Origin: an uncultured euryarchaeote
GTDB lineage: Archaea; Thermoplasmatota; Poseidoniia; Poseidoniales; Poseidoniaceae
Assembly (NCBI GenBank): GCA_964012565.1
Contig: CAXGTB010000001.1
Span: forward strand, 1-34,744
DNA: 34,744 nucleotides
Reading direction: 5' to 3'
Both the position numbers and the translations under genes were made by a program. Under the pieces are notes generated by a model. The model did not search any database. It was given only the letters and a program-made list of their open reading frames with translations, and was not told the origin of the DNA. Shown here in pieces: positions 33,544 to 34,744 of this stretch (positions are counted from its first letter, which is position 1; the number at the start of each line of letters is the position of its first letter).

Positions 33544-34569
33544 ATGGCTGAAGAAGTACTATACATCGGAATTGACCTTGGAACCTTTCGCTCCGTAATG
33601 GTATCAAGCGATAGTCACGAAGAAGAAGAGCTCACTGTAATTGGAACCCCTAAGGACCCAATTGCACGAAATTTCCTGAAGAGAGATGTTCTCTTCGGCA
33701 ATGAAGCATTGAAGAACAGACTAGCTCTGAATCTGTTTAGACCTCTAGAACTTGGTGTAATTAAGGACACACCAGAAGATCGTGAATTCATTGCTCACTT
33801 CATTACCCACTTAATCGGTCTATCCGACCCTGAAGACTACGACCGTGTAGTTGCCGTAATTGGAGCACCTGCTGAAGCAAGTCACGTTGACAAGACTTCT
33901 ATCTTCGATGCTGCTGCTGGTTCAGTGAACGCTGCAATGATTATCTCAGAACCGTTCGCTGTTGCATATGCTCTTGACATGATTGAGCACACTCTTGTAA
34001 TCGATATTGGCGCTGGAACTACTGACTTGTGTAGAGTATACGGTACTATTCCAGGCCCAGGTGATCAGATGCACACTGGACATGCTGGAGATTTTGTTGA
34101 CAGACAAATAATTACTGAAGTACAGAAGAAGTACAACGGCGCACAAATCACAAAAGATATGGCTCGCCGCTGGAAGGAACAATATTCCTTTGTTTCAACT
34201 TCAACACCTGATGACCCAATAATGGTCGATTTCTCAATCGAAGGTAAGGCTATGACACTCGACATCACAGATTGTATTCAAGCAGCTTGTGAATCAATCG
34301 TTGACCCTATTGTTGAAAATGTTAAGCAATTAATCGCTGGTTCAAACCCTGAATTCCATGATGAATTCCGCAGGAACATGGTTCTAGCAGGCGGAGGATC
34401 GGGAATCAGAGGACTTGGTGCACTTATCGAGCGCCGTTTGTCCGATATGGGTGACGTGAATGTTCACGTTGTCGATGATCCTGTCAGACTAGGTGCAATG
34501 GGCGGTCTAAGACTTGCAATGGAAGTACCTGAAGATATGTGGAAGAACCTAACTCTAGCTTCTCGCTGA
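33544..34569 (+). CDS. Actin-fold ATPase, MamK-like (MreB/ParM superfamily)
   Basis: Phosphate-1 YIGIDLGTFRS, phosphate-2 LVIDIGAGTTDL, adenosine motif MVLAGGGSGIRGL. Additional stretches match my recollection of MamK rather than MreB: SEPFAVAYALD, YGTIPGPGDQ, WKEQYSFVS, DPVRLGAMGGLRLA. Confidence 0.75.
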   Translation: MAEEVLYIGIDLGTFRSVMVSSDSHEEEELTVIGTPKDPIARNFLKRDVLFGNEALKNRLALNLFRPLELGVIKDTPEDREFIAHFITHLIGLSDPEDYDRVVAVIGAPAEASHVDKTSIFDAAAGSVNAAMIISEPFAVAYALDMIEHTLVIDIGAGTTDLCRVYGTIPGPGDQMHTGHAGDFVDRQIITEVQKKYNGAQITKDMARRWKEQYSFVSTSTPDDPIMVDFSIEGKAMTLDITDCIQAACESIVDPIVENVKQLIAGSNPEFHDEFRRNMVLAGGGSGIRGLGALIERRLSDMGDVNVHVVDDPVRLGAMGGLRLAMEVPEDMWKNLTLASR

Positions 34570-34574
34570 GTCTT

Positions 34575-34744
34575 TCACTCTTCTTCTACTCCTAGTACCA
34601 ACGGAGAATCGCAATGAGGACATCTGTCCTTTGGTGACAATAGCAGAGGATTTACTGCTAGAACAGCTAAGCATGTTGGGCATGCTGCAAGCATTTCATT
34701 TGCTGGTAGATTGATTTGTTCATCATAAATCGAATGACCACTGT
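34575..34744 (-). CDS. 3' end of a minus-strand CDS (partial, runs off window) ending in a double CxxC zinc ribbon
   Basis: Hand translation of the reverse strand gives ...SGHSIYDEQINLPANEMLAACPTCLAVLAVNPLLLSPKDRCPHCDSPLVLGVEEE*. That is 55 codons open to the window edge, below the track's 60-aa cutoff. Confidence 0.35.
   Translation of the reverse strand, partial: SGHSIYDEQINLPANEMLAACPTCLAVLAVNPLLLSPKDRCPHCDSPLVLGVEEE

Noticed and set aside
1-34744. Search for CRISPR repeats, transposase/integrase genes, prophage or defence-system genes.
   Set aside because: None were seen. There is no regularly spaced direct repeat, and no ORF has recombinase, nuclease-toxin or restriction-modification signatures recognisable by eye.

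Overview
The window is a compact, almost fully coding (about 37 CDS) segment of an archaeal chromosome. I found no rRNA, tRNA, CRISPR array or mobile element; no intergenic gap exceeds about 110 bp.

Archaeal hallmark genes dominate:
- A proteasome-alpha / SBDS / exosome superoperon: psmA, SBDS, rrp4, rrp41, rrp42, rpl37ae, pcc1, prefoldin beta and a DHH phosphoesterase (13.5-19.1 kb).
- Ribosomal proteins S12 and S7, and aEF-2.
- TiaS, a Dph6-like diphthine-ammonia ligase, PurB, KptA/Tpt1 and isopentenyl phosphate kinase.

Several genes with a bacterial or eukaryotic flavour are interleaved with them:
- A membrane Delta-9 fatty-acid desaturase sits exactly between rps7 and the EF-2 gene.
- A type-1 IDI is fused to a short-chain prenyl diphosphate (GGPP-type) synthase, directly downstream of IPK.
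- A class-II thiolase.
- An actin-fold ATPase that looks MamK-like.

Other notable content:
- A 1154-aa secreted mosaic surface protein. It carries a Cys-less C-type lectin, a LamG domain, four PPC domains, EF-hands, TSP3 repeats and a C-terminal TM anchor. It converges on an exosortase/archaeosortase-like membrane protein.
- A UbiD-family decarboxylase that could be the archaeal-mevalonate-pathway decarboxylase.
- A 980-codon multi-winged-helix ORF at the left edge, possibly the C-terminal part of an Lhr-type helicase.

The gene content and about 40-45% GC (estimated by eye) fit an uncultured marine planktonic euryarchaeote (Thermoplasmatota / Marine Group II-III-like). That placement is inference only.

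The most promising candidate for something undescribed is the right-hand locus (32.4-34.7 kb), where the MamK-like actin is flanked by uncharacterised zinc-ribbon proteins.

All family calls come from motif recognition by eye and from memory. No searches or alignments were run.
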